DNA of 63,950 nt, the filler included, from Choristocarpus tenellus KU-1152 (Eukaryota > Protista > Phaeophyceae), in the NCBI GenBank assembly GCA_964200185.2. It is 12 parts of 12 records of this genome, joined end to end, with 100 filler letters (N's around TTAATTAATTAA, not from the genome) between each part and the next. Parts side by side here need not be neighbours in the genome. Positions count along the whole stretch, not along the records: positions 1 to 6,593 come from CAXNAD020007797.1; positions 6,694 to 9,268 come from CAXNAD020026635.1; positions 9,369 to 12,686 come from CAXNAD020020844.1; positions 12,787 to 15,593 come from CAXNAD020024584.1; 8 more parts are not named here. The stretch is one strand, 5' to 3'. The notes under the pieces are model-generated. The model was not told the origin of the DNA. It did not search any database and worked only from the letters and a program-made list of their open reading frames with translations. The stretch's first letter is position 1. Every line of letters starts with the position of its first letter. Shown here piece by piece: positions 1 to 13,300 of the stretch. The translations under genes and the position numbers were made by a program.

Positions 1-100
1 GGATTTGAAATTTCAGCCAAAAAAAGTTTTTTTTGGCTGAAACGGACGCCCCCTCACAAACCCCCCCCCCCCTCACCCCCCCCCCAAGATACTTTGACCC
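1..100. mobile_element. Right end of MITE family C (C-rich subterminus, ends AGATACTTTGACCC)
   Basis: AACGGACGCCCCCTCACAAA-polyC-AAGATACTTTGACCC recurs at 38713-38789; terminus resembles the family A TIR. Confidence 0.7.
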
Positions 101-336
101 TGTCGTGGTTCTAGTTGTATCTCCTGCCATATCTGTAAGCTACCTATATCCCTCTGATGTCTTTTGCTCTTGAAGTATAGTGTTTTTGACTGGGGCATTT
201 TGTTGATAATTTGAAATGATTTCATTCGTGATTGGTGTAATAGGCACATATAAATTTTTATTTCATAAGTAGCATGTTTCCAGTTTTCACCCATAACATC
301 TTTAGTTGTACTATATTTTCCTCCCCACCCAAACAG

Positions 337-1205
337 GATGCAATCAAGGCCTACACAGAGTGCCTGGATAATATTCCAAGCAAGACAAGCCCTCTTGCCA
401 TCAAGTGCTACAGCAACCGATCTGCTTGCTACAAGCAACTGTCTAACTTTGATGGCACAGTGCAGGACACATCTGCTGTACTTGAGGCAGAGCCCAACAA
501 CGTTAAAGCACTCATGAGGAGAGCCCAAGCATTCGAGGCCATTGAGAGGTGTGTTACCACGTTTAACTAGTTGGGGAGAGAGAGTGTAGGGGGAGACAGG
601 TACCGTGCTTGACACCATCAAAATCCAAGTTGGATAAAAACAGACCTTACATGCTTTTATTCTCATATTTATCCTTCATACTTAATTCACAGCGATCTAT
701 TCTCCTCCCTCCCTATCCATCCAAGTTCCTTAACTCACAAATTTCAAGCTTTATTTTCTTTCGAAATCCAGGTGAGGCAATGCCTGACAGATTAGACAGA
801 TTGCCAAATGTCTGATAAACGTACCACACACTGATGATAAACAGTGATGAACTGTATTGTGATTCTTCTTTTAAGTAGTTGGGGTACTAGAGGTATGCAC
901 AATACCTGTATTTTCAGGTGCATACCTCAAGGCTATTTCATTTTTTCATAAGGAAAAGGGACTGCTGCTGCTACTGCTGTTGTCCAATTTTAGAGAATTG
1001 TATTGTATTTTAGTGTACACTCACTGAAGTAGTGCAAAATGCACATCCCATTGAAACAAAATGCAGGTATCGGTTTGCACTTCAGGATGTTCGGACAGTT
1101 CTACACATGCCCATGGATCAGGTTGGTGCTGCCAACTTCCAGCTTGCGAATGGCATGCAGCACCGCCTGAACAGGGTGGTGCAACAGCTCAAGAACAGCT
1201 CTTAG
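337..1205 (+). CDS. TPR-repeat protein, last two exons (337-548, 1067-1205); 5' partial
   Basis: GT-AG splicing gives DAIKAYTECL...KCYSNRSACYKQLSNFDGTVQDTSAVLEAEPNNVKALMRRAQAFEAIER|YRFALQDVRTVL...QQLKNSS*, matching the TPR consensus of co-chaperone-type proteins. Confidence 0.88.
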
Positions 1206-4200
1206 TTAACCTCTTTTGCTCAGGGAAGGTGTCAAAAACACTGGAAGGCACCCTAAATTTGCCTGATGAACATTGAGGCCTCCATGCTCCTTGGGGTGTT
1301 TTGACTTTGAGGGGTGGGGGGATAACAATGCTTCCCAGGGATATTGAAGTGCCTTGGGGTGTCTGGAAATATTGTTATTTGGAAGGATATATCTCTTTCC
1401 CCTCCCCTAGCTTTGAATGATACAGTGCAGTGACACTCTGCACACATGGGAAATGAGAGGAGGGCAGTCTGTATTGAGGAAATGTTTGTAGCTTGAAAGA
1501 TTGTGTGTTTTGGGTGGTGAGAGTGCTTTCAGCTTCAAGCAGTTTCATTTTTCGTCTCAGGAACAGGCGGGGTCGTGCCACCAGAGACCCGGGGGGAGTA
1601 AGGATCAGAGGGAGGATGTAAGGCAATGATTCACCAATAGGAGGGTACTCAAATATTGTTTCTTTTTTCTCAAGTGTTTTGTGTGCTTTTGAGGGGTGTA
1701 AGGTTGTAGTGGTGAGTGAATGACGATTAAGTCATGCCTATTTTTGTTGTAGTTTGTGAATTTTGGTTTGTTAAATGAAGATGAATCTAGATGAATCTGG
1801 GAGGGCAGCATTACGTGAGCTTTGCCCCTGTGTGTTGTACAACATGTGTGTGGAGGGGGGAGGAGAGGGTAGCATTGGTCCTAGAAGAGTCAACAAGAGC
1901 ACTGTTTGTGAACATGAGTTAGTATCATCTGACGGTGTAATGCTCAAGGGCTAGAGTTCCATGCTCTTGTGGAGAGGCTGGTGAGGCCTCCAACAGCTAT
2001 TAATTAGTTTTCTTCTTTTGTGGAATTTTTCAAACATCAAGAGGAAAAAGAAATGTTCTGGTGGACCCTCCCAGGTATTGGAAATGAACTGCTGAAAACA
2101 TGCTTCACTTCTAATGTTGAGTGTTTTAGGTCAAGAGTTGGTATGTGTCACAGAAATTCTCTTTGGTCTCATTTTTGATATTATCAATAGAATGAATGCA
2201 TGCATCTATTCTTTTCAATGGAGTCGATGCTATTGAATTGTCAAAGTACACAACTTGTGGAACAAGTGAGCACAGTGCCCCACAGAATTTGAAACATGGT
2301 CTTTGTTACAACTTTGGGATTGGACGTATTTATTGCCTTCTCTGCTTTGCCGGCTGCTTGAATCACTAGTAAACTCCTGAGCCACTGAGGAGGCAGTTAG
2401 CTGACTATCTGCTCGGTAGTTCAGAGGTTCACTAGTGTTTCTCAACAGCTGCCACGCCACTATCTATCCAATACTAGAAATTTTTGATCATTACAAAAAA
2501 CTTTCAAGATGAGATACACTGTTACTACTAGTACACACAACATTGTCTTGGGAACAAGTATGTCTTGTAAGAAATGGTCATTGCAAACTAAAGTTAAACC
2601 ATCATCCCCATTTACTTGTGTGGTGTTGCATGATGAGTGGAGACTCCTCTTCTTGTAGAGGTCCTACTGCCTCTCTTAATTTAATATAGTGATCTTAAAA
2701 GGGGGATCAATACAAGATATAGATACGAATGTTCACCAAACAAAGCAAGACGCCAACCCAACTTTGTGCCAAGAATTGGATGTTACAGTATTTGTTGGTT
2801 ACCTATTCTTGAATAGTTGAGTTGCTCCAATGTACGGTTGGTGCAACTGTGAGTGACATTTACTTCCTTTCTTTAATATTTTTATTGTAATCCTAGTCTC
2901 CAAGGGGCTGTTGTTGAAATGGCAGTTGCAAAGAAGGGAAGACACACCTTGCTTGAGAAGGCATCAAAGATCAGAACAAACGCCAAAGAGAAGAGATACA
3001 ATAGTTCTACACAAATAAAAAATACTTAAATAATACTAACACACAATTACAATACCTCCAAAAAGGAAACAGTGTGTACACTACACTTGTTTTTTAATGC
3101 GCCTCACTTGCAAGAATTTTCATTCCCCCTTTTCCTAGTCATGAAACACAACCATCCTCACCTACTACATAATTAGAACACAGTAGAAGGTAAGATTAAC
3201 TTTTCCTCAGCCTTTTCTTGGGAATTATAACAACTCAATGCTCACTATCTCAATTGCCCCCATCCCACCTGACCAACCTAGAAGCAATCAAGCACACACA
3301 CATGGTTGAGATATTTGATGCAGAGAGAGGCAAAGACAGACAACAATTGCAAGATCTTCCACTGAACACAATTTGGTGTGTTACATCTTGTCACACTAAA
3401 CAGGGATGCAGAATAGGACCACAAAAAAGATATTGCAAAAGATACTTAGGTAGTAGCATACATAAATCACTTGGTAATGTCACTGCTCTACCAGAAACAG
3501 TGTCACCCATGCATCACAATTACAAACCTTGACATAAAACATCATCTTAAAAAATGTTCCACCACAAAACGATTAGTCACCCCATGTTACTGTTACTGAT
3601 ACATGTTGCAATTACAAATAAAATAATTATTGTTACCATCATGCAGACAATAAAATAATTTGCATCAGGACAGAGAACAAGCAACAGCACAAGGTAATCA
3701 CTCCCCCTCTGCTCTCTGCATGACCCCTGCCCCCCCTGCTTGGCGGAATTATCCCCCACTGCCTCTCTAGCATATCTGGTCCCCTTCCCCTTAGCATGGA
3801 AAGAGCAGCTAGGACACCAATGAGCAAGCCCCCCCACAGAACCAAAAGCTCACTTCAGTACTTGATCCCTCTACCTGTTGAACAATACTCATTGCCAGGC
3901 ATTTGTACTGGGCCAGTGGCAACCTCAAGGAGTGCACACACAAACACACACACAGACTCATGCACACATGATGAATAAAAAACTTACCCCCTACTTTATG
4001 GTTTTGTTAGGATGATAAAAGGTACCAACTCGATCACCATACCAGGTATTGAATATGGTCACCATAAATATTTGTACGATGGGAGTATGTGTACGAGGTT
4101 GCTCCAATTACCAACACAAAACACCAAAAAGACTGTGCGTAATGATGCCTGGAGGGGGGGAGTCACTCCAGTTCCAACTTGATGGCTACCAGATAACGCC

Positions 4201-4380
4201 AATGACGTATATCTATGAATCATAATGTACATGACACACAATACTTGGCATCACCTTCAGGATGAGTTGTGACTTCATTCCACCACCCAGACACTATCAA
4301 TTCCAAATCAATCCCTACTTCAATAGAACAGAAAACACCTACTTATTATCTCGTAGGGGATATCGCAGTATCTGCCCCAC

Positions 4381-6445
4381 TCAGTGCATTGGCACAGCAA
4401 GTTGGTGAGGCGCTGAACTAGAGAACAGCAGGCACAGGACCATAACAAGTGCAAACATTGTGCCACTTGCCACAACCCCCCCCCGTACCACTGTCACCAA
4501 AGTCCACAGCATGGACCGTCCTCCTCCCTTGCAGGAATAGTACAGCCCCTTTGGCTGGTTGGGGATGATGTCCTCATTGCCAGGTGACCGCTGCACACCC
4601 ACGGAGAAATCCAGTAAATAAAAGTACATTTTATACATTATTGTACGTCACAGAACACAATAAATTGTGGGAATATTGAGAGGGGAACGAAGAAGAAATA
4701 TAGTGAGTGGAGTGGACAACCACTTCAAGAAAAAAGAAGTGCATAATTTGAGCAGTGGGCCATTGGAGTTTGCAGCGTGTAAATCAGTAAGGTTTTATAG
4801 AATCATCTTCGCAAAGATTCACAATGAAATTGAAACATCACCCAAAACGTAAAGTAAACATCAACCACTGTACTCATGGTACACTATAAGAACAACAGTC
4901 AAGATGTTAGTCCACAACAACCATCAGCTCCAACGCACACAACAACCTGTAGCAAAGTACCACCATTGATACATACACAGCAAAGAGAGGTGCGCAATTA
5001 CATAGACAAAAACGCTGGGTAGTTCATTGCTCTTGAGAAAGGACTGCAAGCCTTGCATTCAGGCAATCAAGCTTTTGAACCGGACCGTTGATGAAGCCAA
5101 CCTCCAAGGTATTGTGTTTCCTTACAGTCTCCCCACTCTCCGCAACAGGTGTGACAAAAGAAACAGGACAAAGAAAAATCGTAACACATCACTCCTGGCT
5201 AGTCCTTTGAGCACAATATAACTCTTTGACCAAAAAGAGTTCAATTCTTGGGGAGGCTATTCCCAAGACTAATCCAAAATCACCTTTATTATTTTACTTG
5301 AAGAGCACGAGCACTTACAGCAAGTAGTGCACCCAACAGATTAGATCAGAACAAAAACAAGAGTGAGAAACAATATGAAGTCAGGATAGACATGTGATGA
5401 CATGAGATCTTCAACAAAGGGAAAAAATATATGAATTGGTCACCATTCAGCACCTATTAGCGTCCTTGGCAGGTAAACATGCAACCGAGAGATACATAGA
5501 TAGCTCTTGCAGGACGAAAGCTAGAAACCACTAGAGAGTTTTATTCCTCCCAAAAGGATGTATCTTAAATGGAATTGTAATGTGGGTGGTCAAACAAACC
5601 GAGATCCTTGCTCATGCATACTCCCAAAAACCACCCACGTCTTACACAGATCACAATACTATTGAGCAAACATGAAATGCATCAAGTTCTTACTATAAAC
5701 GATTTTTTCAACAGAACATTGTTTTTGTGTTCCCAATCATTACAATGAAAAATTTGGGAGGCATAATATAAGTGTTCTTGAGCAGTTTGTGTTTTGCTCT
5801 CTAGAGCAGTCAGATCAAATTTGACAGTAATTCAAGGATCAGAGGGTGTTGACATACACTGGTGCTGAGTTCCAACTCCAAGTTAATTTTCAAAAGCTCA
5901 TCAGTGGCATTACGGGGCCAACCAACTCATAACTTGCGACAGCCATACAAAAGCTGAGGCAAAGTGGTGCAAGGCATTGGAGCCCCATTGCAAGCCAAAT
6001 AAATCACTTCCAAAAAAATGAAGGTAAGAATAAAGTATGACAGCAAAATTGTGAGGGAGAGGAGAGTCTCACCAATACAGACCCCTTGACCCCCAAGTGC
6101 TTTTCTGTGGAAGAAGGGTTTGGTCGTGGGCTTGTTTCATCCACCAGATGGTCCTCAGCAAGAGACACCTTTCTGTCTGACTCCCCAGCAGATCGATGCA
6201 TAGTCCTTCTCCTGGAGCCACCTAATCTGGTTGCTGCTGGGGCTACTATTGACTGTCCGATGATCCCACGGATAAACCTTCTTGGAGTATCCTCAACATC
6301 TTCCTCTGGCACCTTAGCTACTTTGGGAGCATACTGTTGTTGCCTTGGCATGGTCCGTGATGCAGATTGTTTCCCTTGGCCAGCAATATCAATACTCTTG
6401 GCACCAACAGCTCCGACCTTTGTGTGGCCACCACCCATGATCCCC
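4381..6445 (-). CDS. Unknown protein, putative terminal exons (6445-6073, 4590-4381) with hydrophobic C-terminal segment
   Basis: Open, GC-richer blocks with AG/GT borders in compatible phase; no recognisable family. Confidence 0.45.
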
Positions 6446-6593
6446 CTGGAGATCGATTATAAAAAAATTGGTTGGAGATGTTGGACAAGGGTCAAAATGA
6501 TTGTAGAGTGATGAGAGGAAGGAATGGGGCAGTTCTTTTTAGTACTCCCTCCAGCAGTTGTAGTTATTGGATATTTCAATCTGTTGGGGGGGG

Positions 6594-6693
6594 NNNNNNN
6601 NNNNNNNNNNNNNNNNNNNNNNNNNNNNNNNNNNNNNTTAATTAATTAANNNNNNNNNNNNNNNNNNNNNNNNNNNNNNNNNNNNNNNNNNNN
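6594..6693. other. Artificial contig spacer (44N-TTAATTAATTAA-44N); also at 9269, 12687, 15594, 21490, 25573, 35935, 38613, 41731, 45249, 53956
   Basis: Identical 100-bp structure occurs 11 times; the linker has stops in all six frames. Confidence 0.98.
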
Positions 6694-6767
6694 TGCACTT
6701 TTCCCGATTTTGGTCCAAATGGACACCCTCGTGTAGACCCCCCCCACCCCCCCAGATACTTTGGGTC
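6694..6767. mobile_element. MITE family C-type terminus
   Basis: CCAAATGG...GTGTAG-polyC-AGATACTTTGGGTC; reverse-complement copy at 35865-35934. Confidence 0.7.
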
Positions 6768-7524
6768 TGATCTAATACGTTTGAAAGGGACGAAACGAAA
6801 AGATCACAAAAACTGCTACTCTCTGTCTCTTTCCAATATAAAATCGTATGCTGTTTGATATTCGTATTTTTTTGTAACACAATTGTCAAGGGAAAGACAA
6901 ATCTGAGTTTTGAGGACCGACCGACCAGATGGAACAAAGCAGCATCGAAATAATAATAATATTCTAATCTTTACATCAACAAACACAATTACAAACCACA
7001 TGCATGGAGATGGTGCGTCCACTGAGCGAGCATGGCCTTGCGTGCATCAGCAAGTCTATCCACGAGAAAGGCTGACCGGAGCAGTTAGCTCCATCTGTGG
7101 TAATCCAGCGACACTGTTTAGGTAATGGGGACCAGCTCACCGCCGAAACCCTGCTTGCCATTCAAGGATGTACACTGGACGGAAACAATAGAATAACGGT
7201 GTTGAAGAGAGAGTTTGATCCCGAACACGCTTTCATGATGCGGGTCTACATGGAGTTCAACCGAGCAGAAGAGAGGCTAGTTGCCAATGGTGGGTGATGG
7301 AGTGTTGTCGTTGTTCCATGATCGCCTGGTGACTCTTCTGATCTACCAAGTTGTTACCAAGTTTCCTTTGTTTGGTTCATTGTCAGTCAGTCAATTGTTG
7401 ATCTTTTCGCTGTTGATCTTTTTATCTCTCGTGGTCTTTCTGTCGACAGCAACATGTTGCTCACTACTGCCTACTGCGTGTGTCCCACGACCGCTTCCCA
7501 CCTACCCCTTGCCCCGTTCGCCCA

Positions 7525-7636
7525 CTGCAATGTGTTGCAAGTCCAACCATTTGCCCGAGAAAATAGATAAATGCAGATCAGCGTATCTGACAGGGTGGGG
7601 GAGGGGGGGCAGATTGCAACAAACGATATCTCGGGC
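7525..7636. repeat. Dispersed repeat, inverted homologue of 12787-12900
   Basis: Shared CAAGTCCAAC...AAAATAGATAAATGCAGATC...G-rich tract. Confidence 0.8.
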
Positions 7637-7759
7637 ACGACTGAGATATTCGTACAAAGAGGTTGATCATCATATAATGTCAATACTTACATGCGCTCAG
7701 TGGTAGCTTCTGTCAGAATAGTATCATCATCGTCATCCCAACAAAGTGAACCTGCACCT

Positions 7760-8992
7760 TCGACACAAATGGAAGCTGGAGGCTAAGGAGACATGAGATA
7801 TGGTACGATTGATAACAAGCAAGAACTGGAGGTCAAGAAGATACTTTGGGTACCTGGTATGCCATGCCGAATATTGAGCAGTGGGACCCTGGGACAAGAT
7901 GACAGAGTTAATCAAGGCAATGCAGCCGGAGCTGCAATCCTGAGCCTGAGCCTGAGCCTGAGCCACAAGAATCTGCCTATGGACCTAGAGCAGTGATCAC
8001 AACACTTGTCCCTGAAGGGGGCACACCCATCGATTGGAGACCCCAATATTCTTGCTTACGGAATGAGAAAAGCAACTGCTGTATCCGCCACCAGTGGAGC
8101 AGTACATTAGCAAGAGCAGTAACTAAGCCTCCACCAGAAAGGAAAGGAGGACCTAACCGTGGGGAGCCTGGGAGCACTCTAGCCGCTGGGACCAAAAACT
8201 CATGGAAGAGAACACAGAAGGTCAGCGGAAGAGGCAGCCAAGCTACAACCGGTCAACATATGGACCATATTACAACAAGATCCCCTACCAGAGACGAGAT
8301 CAGGATCAATAGAAGATGTTTAAACTGTGGACTGATCAAGCATATTGGTCCTTGTTCTTTTGAAGGAATATGCTACAACTGTGGAGGTAACGGAAACCTT
8401 CAGATCGTTTGTCAGGCGAGGAGAGCGACACCGCCTAAACAGTCGGAGGAATTAGCTGGACCCAGAATAGAAACCAGAGGAAGCTTGTCAGCAAAGGGCT
8501 GCCTGTACAAGACTACTTGTAAGTCCGGGAAGTAAATATTATCTACTCCAGACCATCAAGAACCATCTTCCATATCAGAGGCACCCTGGTGAGGAAGGTT
8601 GTTAGCAAACGACTTCGCTCAACAAGAGGAAGTACAAGATGTTCAATTATGATAGGCTTCAAGCCTGGGGGAGTGAGTGCTACGTCCAACAAGAGAAACA
8701 GCAAAAGGGGGCTGGTTCAAATTTTATCCATAAACTAAGCGAGGGGTCATCATGGGACACGATTGTACGTCACAGTGTATTCTAGATGAATGACTTATGT
8801 TTGAGTTCAAGCAATCAGTGTTCTTCTATTGCGTTGACAAGATCAATGTGATGTGTGTGAGAATTGAACCAATCTGACGTCTTTTAATTCCATTTTTCAA
8901 GGGGAAGTGTGCAAAATGGGACTGTGCACAATAAGATGTTTAGGTTTGAGAGTTCCAGCAAATCTTTCATTGCCTGCAATCTCATGGGGGAG
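7760..8992 (+). mobile_element. Degenerate, rearranged Ty1/Copia internal region
   Basis: Protease-like ELEVKKILWVPGMPCRILSSG (~7820-7885); gag knuckle-like CLNCGLIKH / CYNCGGNGNLQIVC (~8315-8415); post-integrase LQAWGSECYV...KRGVIMGHD (~8650-8765); polypurine tracts before TGTGCAAAAT. Confidence 0.75.
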
Positions 8993-9268
8993 TGTGCAAA
9001 ATAGGATAATAGTGAGATGTACCTTATTTTTTGTATGAGAGATAGTCATTTTGATTAAGTCCATGTGATGTAACTAATGAGAAAGTACATCAGAATTCTG
9101 AAAATAGAATATGTATAGGTTTTGTTGATTTGAATTCAACTACTTTGGTTTAATTGTTGACTTCTGTAGGAAGCACATATAGTATTAAAACAATGAGAAG
9201 AGACCCCACAAAGGTCACTCTTCTAATTTCAACCATGTAATCACGTTCAGCAAAGGGGGTCGTGTGAG
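8993..9268 (+). mobile_element. Copia 3' LTR, truncated by the gap
   Basis: Starts TGTGCAAAATAGG directly after the PPT GGGGGAG; homologous along its length to the solo LTR at 62605-62918. Confidence 0.85.
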
Positions 9269-10366
9269 NNNNNNNNNNNNNNNNNNNNNNNNNNNNNNNN
9301 NNNNNNNNNNNNTTAATTAATTAANNNNNNNNNNNNNNNNNNNNNNNNNNNNNNNNNNNNNNNNNNNNGGGGGGGGGGATTACAGCATGGAGGGGGAAAG
9401 GGAAGGGAGGGGGGGGGGGGGAAGGAGAAGAAACTCTTTGCGAAATCCACATGCTATTAATGCTGTTGTACACCTCAACCAGGCACAGTAACTTACACAT
9501 ATATATACACATATATACAGATCAATACTCACACACCATACCGATCTTGACAATATTCTGAAGACTTCAAAATTAAATACCTTTAGTTCACGTTACCACG
9601 ACAAAGTTAGACTATTGTTGTAGACTATTGTTGTAGACTATTCTTATAGAATCAGTGCAACATCTACCGGTCTCCTCTCCAATGAAGGTCTGCAGAATCA
9701 TCAACAGTTTCAACATTATCTCGGGGGGATGCACCTGACCTACACTTCAAGGTGCTTAGATTTTTTTTTTAAACACAGATGGAGGGATGGCAGGACTGCA
9801 GTAGAGGAGGAGAGGGAGCAAACACCGTCCATACACACACACACACATATACATCATTTGACTCACCATCTCCATTAATGCAGTTGCATAGGGATCCACC
9901 AGAGCACGGACATGAGCGGCAACATTATTACCCAATGAACCCCGGTGAAGATTTTTCTTCTAAATTTCAGAACCAAAATGAAAAAAAAGAACATAAGAAA
10001 AAACAAAAAACAAAAACAACGCAGAGGACTGGGTCAGACTCACTGGGATGGGGGTCATGGCATGTAGACAGGGGAGGGTGAAGTGAAGGCGGAGGGGGAG
10101 AGGGGGGAAAATGTCTACACCGGTACAGGGCAAAAGAATATTTTGATTGAAGTGTGTCACCAACCAGTTACCACGACATCTGACCCAAGGTCTCATCCAC
10201 AGTAGGGTGTAACAGAGGGGCAGGGAAGAGTGGGAAGGGCAGGAAGGCCATGATACAGAGCAGAAGGGGTGATTCAAGATTAGGTTATACCTATTAACAG
10301 TAATAGGGTTAGGGTTAGGGTTAGGCAGTTGAAGAAGAGGGGCGTGTGTCAGTATATACATACATG

Positions 10367-10401
<35 letters not shown>

Positions 10402-10669
10402 AAAGAGCAGAGGGTTAGGGCGTGACAGTTGAGGGGGGGCATTGATATTGACTTAAAAAAATATATCAGCTCTCGAGCGAACAGAAGCGTGAATATAAAA
10501 CAAAATATTATAAATGTTCTATTACATATACAATATAAAACAAAATATTATATATATTATATATACAATGTTGTAACAAGACATCACAAACAAGAGAGGC
10601 AGAAGTAACAGACCAGGACAAGAATTTTAAAATTGTAGAAAAATACAAAAAAGTATGTATTCTGAGTTC

Positions 10670-10700
<31 letters not shown>

Positions 10701-10964
10701 TGATCAATGTGCTCCTTTGTGAGAGGCCCACTACAGACACACTGCACAGGTTCTGTGCTGGATCAAGCATTAATACCAAAGAGACATGTACAGGAGAAGT
10801 CACAAAACCCTAACCCTTACTTACATGCTAATGTTCCCACTACTACTACTATCACTACTACACAAAATTAAACTAAATCAGAACAAAAAAAGAACAGGAT
10901 TAATATAATATAATATAATATAATTTCATCTGTTCCAGACACCACTATACACTATACTATTAGT

Positions 10965-11010
10965 GTATATAATATAATATAATATAATATAATATAATAT
11001 AATATATTAT
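10965..11010. repeat. (AATAT)n microsatellite
   Basis: Seen directly; (TA)n at ~10370 and (TAA)n at ~10670 are nearby. Confidence 0.9.
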
Positions 11011-11112
11011 ATTCCGAGAAAGAACACACCACAGTGCTACATGGGAAAAACAACTAACATTCATCTGACAGGAGATATTCAACAGTAGTTGCCAAAGTAA
11101 CTCAGGTCACAC

Positions 11113-11187
11113 CCTTTTCAGGTACATACATAACCTTTTCAGGTACATACATACCCTTTTCAGGTACATACTCTTTTCAGGTATATA
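11113..11187. repeat. Minisatellite CTTTTCAGGTACATA, 4 copies
   Basis: Seen directly. Confidence 0.85.
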
Positions 11188-11732
11188 GGATGTCAACTGC
11201 CCCACACATGCACAAAAAACACAAATTATACAAAAAATAAGCCCTTGTAATGCCTATTCTGTACCCCATATATTTTTCTTTTAAGCTAAAAAAAAGTCCA
11301 TGTACATCAATCATGTATCAAGAAGCAATCTGACTTCCATCTCACACTACTCCATCTCACTTTGGCAACACCACACTACTCCATCCATACATCTACTCAT
11401 CTCCAATGGCGGTAGTGTCCATGACACAAGGCATAGTCCGGTCTTGCAAACTCTCCCACAAATCCAAAACATGACCACATCACACAGGAGTATAATCCTA
11501 CACATACAACCAGTACTGTGATAAACACGCCTCAATCATGCCTCAATCAAACTTATGAAAACTTTTGCCAATCCACCACACACCTCAATCCACCACTCAA
11601 CCTTTCATCATCATTAAGATTTCTTCAACAACAAAAATGACGACTTCTTTTCAAGACAAAAAATATAACAGCTCAATGAGTACCTCAATGAGTACCTCAG
11701 GGCTCCCTCCAATGTGTGCAAGTCTAAATAAA

Positions 11733-11763
<31 letters not shown>

Positions 11764-12786
11764 TTAATAAAAACTAAAAAAATACCTGTACTGCTGCCTT
11801 GGTCTGGTAGCCCCTTCTATAGACGTCACTGTCATCGCCGCTACTCTCCCCCCCCCCCCCACCTCCTGACCGAGGCGAGAATGGCCTAGAAGAGGTACAC
11901 CTTGGCGACACCCTATGCATGTGCCTGCACAACAACATATGAGACAGAACAGGGTACATTAATGCAACAAATGGTAATGGGAAAAAAAAGTGCACAACGA
12001 CAGAGCCAGGGGGGGAGGGGGGGTATATACCAAGGAGAAGGGCAGTGTCCATATTTTGCTATAATAGTGCCCTTATTTTGCATCATGGGAGGTCAAAGCA
12101 TCAAAAAGCAGAAGGGAGGTTAGACAAGCAATTCCCAATTTAAATGTACCCCCCAAAAGGCCAGTTAAGAAAACACACAAAAAATCGAACCAACATGGTA
12201 TATACTCCTCAACTTCAAAATAACTTCATGTATGATTCAAGTTCACCAGACCAACAAGACCAGACCATATCAACACTATAACCACACCACTATCAACAAA
12301 ACAAGAGCACAGAAATCCCCATCATTACAAAGTAACACACACACATATATAAATATACAATACTCTCTTCAACAGAAAAAAAAATGAAGTTAAAATAAAA
12401 TAAAACCCAGGTCACACTCTGGACATGACTGTTTTCAAGTCCATCCATTTCTTTCCAAAAAAAGGACTATAAAAAAAACAAAACAGCATCACATGAGATG
12501 TTAACCACAAACAACTCAACAATTCAACTCTCGTCATATACTCTCCGTAATCAAGTAAATCCATTCTCAAGGTCTCTTACAATCTGCCCAACACTTAATC
12601 TCCTGACAAACAGCATAGTGTATCAATAGCTCTCGACTGATTATGCTTGTCACATCTCGGCTCAAATTATCTGGGGGAGGGGGGGGNNNNNNNNNNNNNN
12701 NNNNNNNNNNNNNNNNNNNNNNNNNNNNNNTTAATTAATTAANNNNNNNNNNNNNNNNNNNNNNNNNNNNNNNNNNNNNNNNNNNN

Positions 12787-12900
12787 CCGATATTTCGGGT
12801 GATGCGATATGCCCCCCCCACCCCACCCTGCCTGTCCGATATGCCGATCTGCATTTATCTATTTTATCATGCAAGTTGTTGGACTTGTAATACATCGCAA
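12787..12900. repeat. Dispersed repeat downstream of the transposase stop; possible element end
   Basis: Inverted homologue of 7525-7636. Confidence 0.75.
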
Positions 12901-13300
12901 GAGAAGAGCAGGGAGAGGAAGAATAAGGCCACCACAGCCCAGGGCTAAAATATAGTAAAAAAACCCCTTGCATCACATAAAATAAAATAAAACATCAGGT
13001 TTTCAATTTTGCTGCTCATTCGTTGTACCCCTCCTCTCCCTGCTACCGCAAGAAGTTCTGCACGTCACCCGAAGCAATAATGGGTGCCGAATCTCGTAAG
13101 CATGTTACCGGGAATTCAAGAGACACACGAACAACCTGCTTGAACTAAGTACTGGACGAACGAGACACCATAAAGAAAAAACACTCCCGTATCCTCTGTT
13201 TGCTGTTGGTCAATCATTACTTTGTCAACATGTGCGCCCACCCGCCTCTCACCCCCCCCCTCCCTCCTTCCCGCCCCCCGTCACGATTGTCTTCTTACTC

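Noticed and set aside
73-666. 197-aa minus-strand ORF
   Set aside because: Antisense to the TPR exon
6638-6649. Recurrent palindromic TTAATTAATTAA
   Set aside because: Artificial six-frame-stop linker centred in N runs
9369-12686. Possible minus-strand exons (e.g. ~11786-11912)
   Set aside because: Low-complexity contig; could not assemble a consistent gene model
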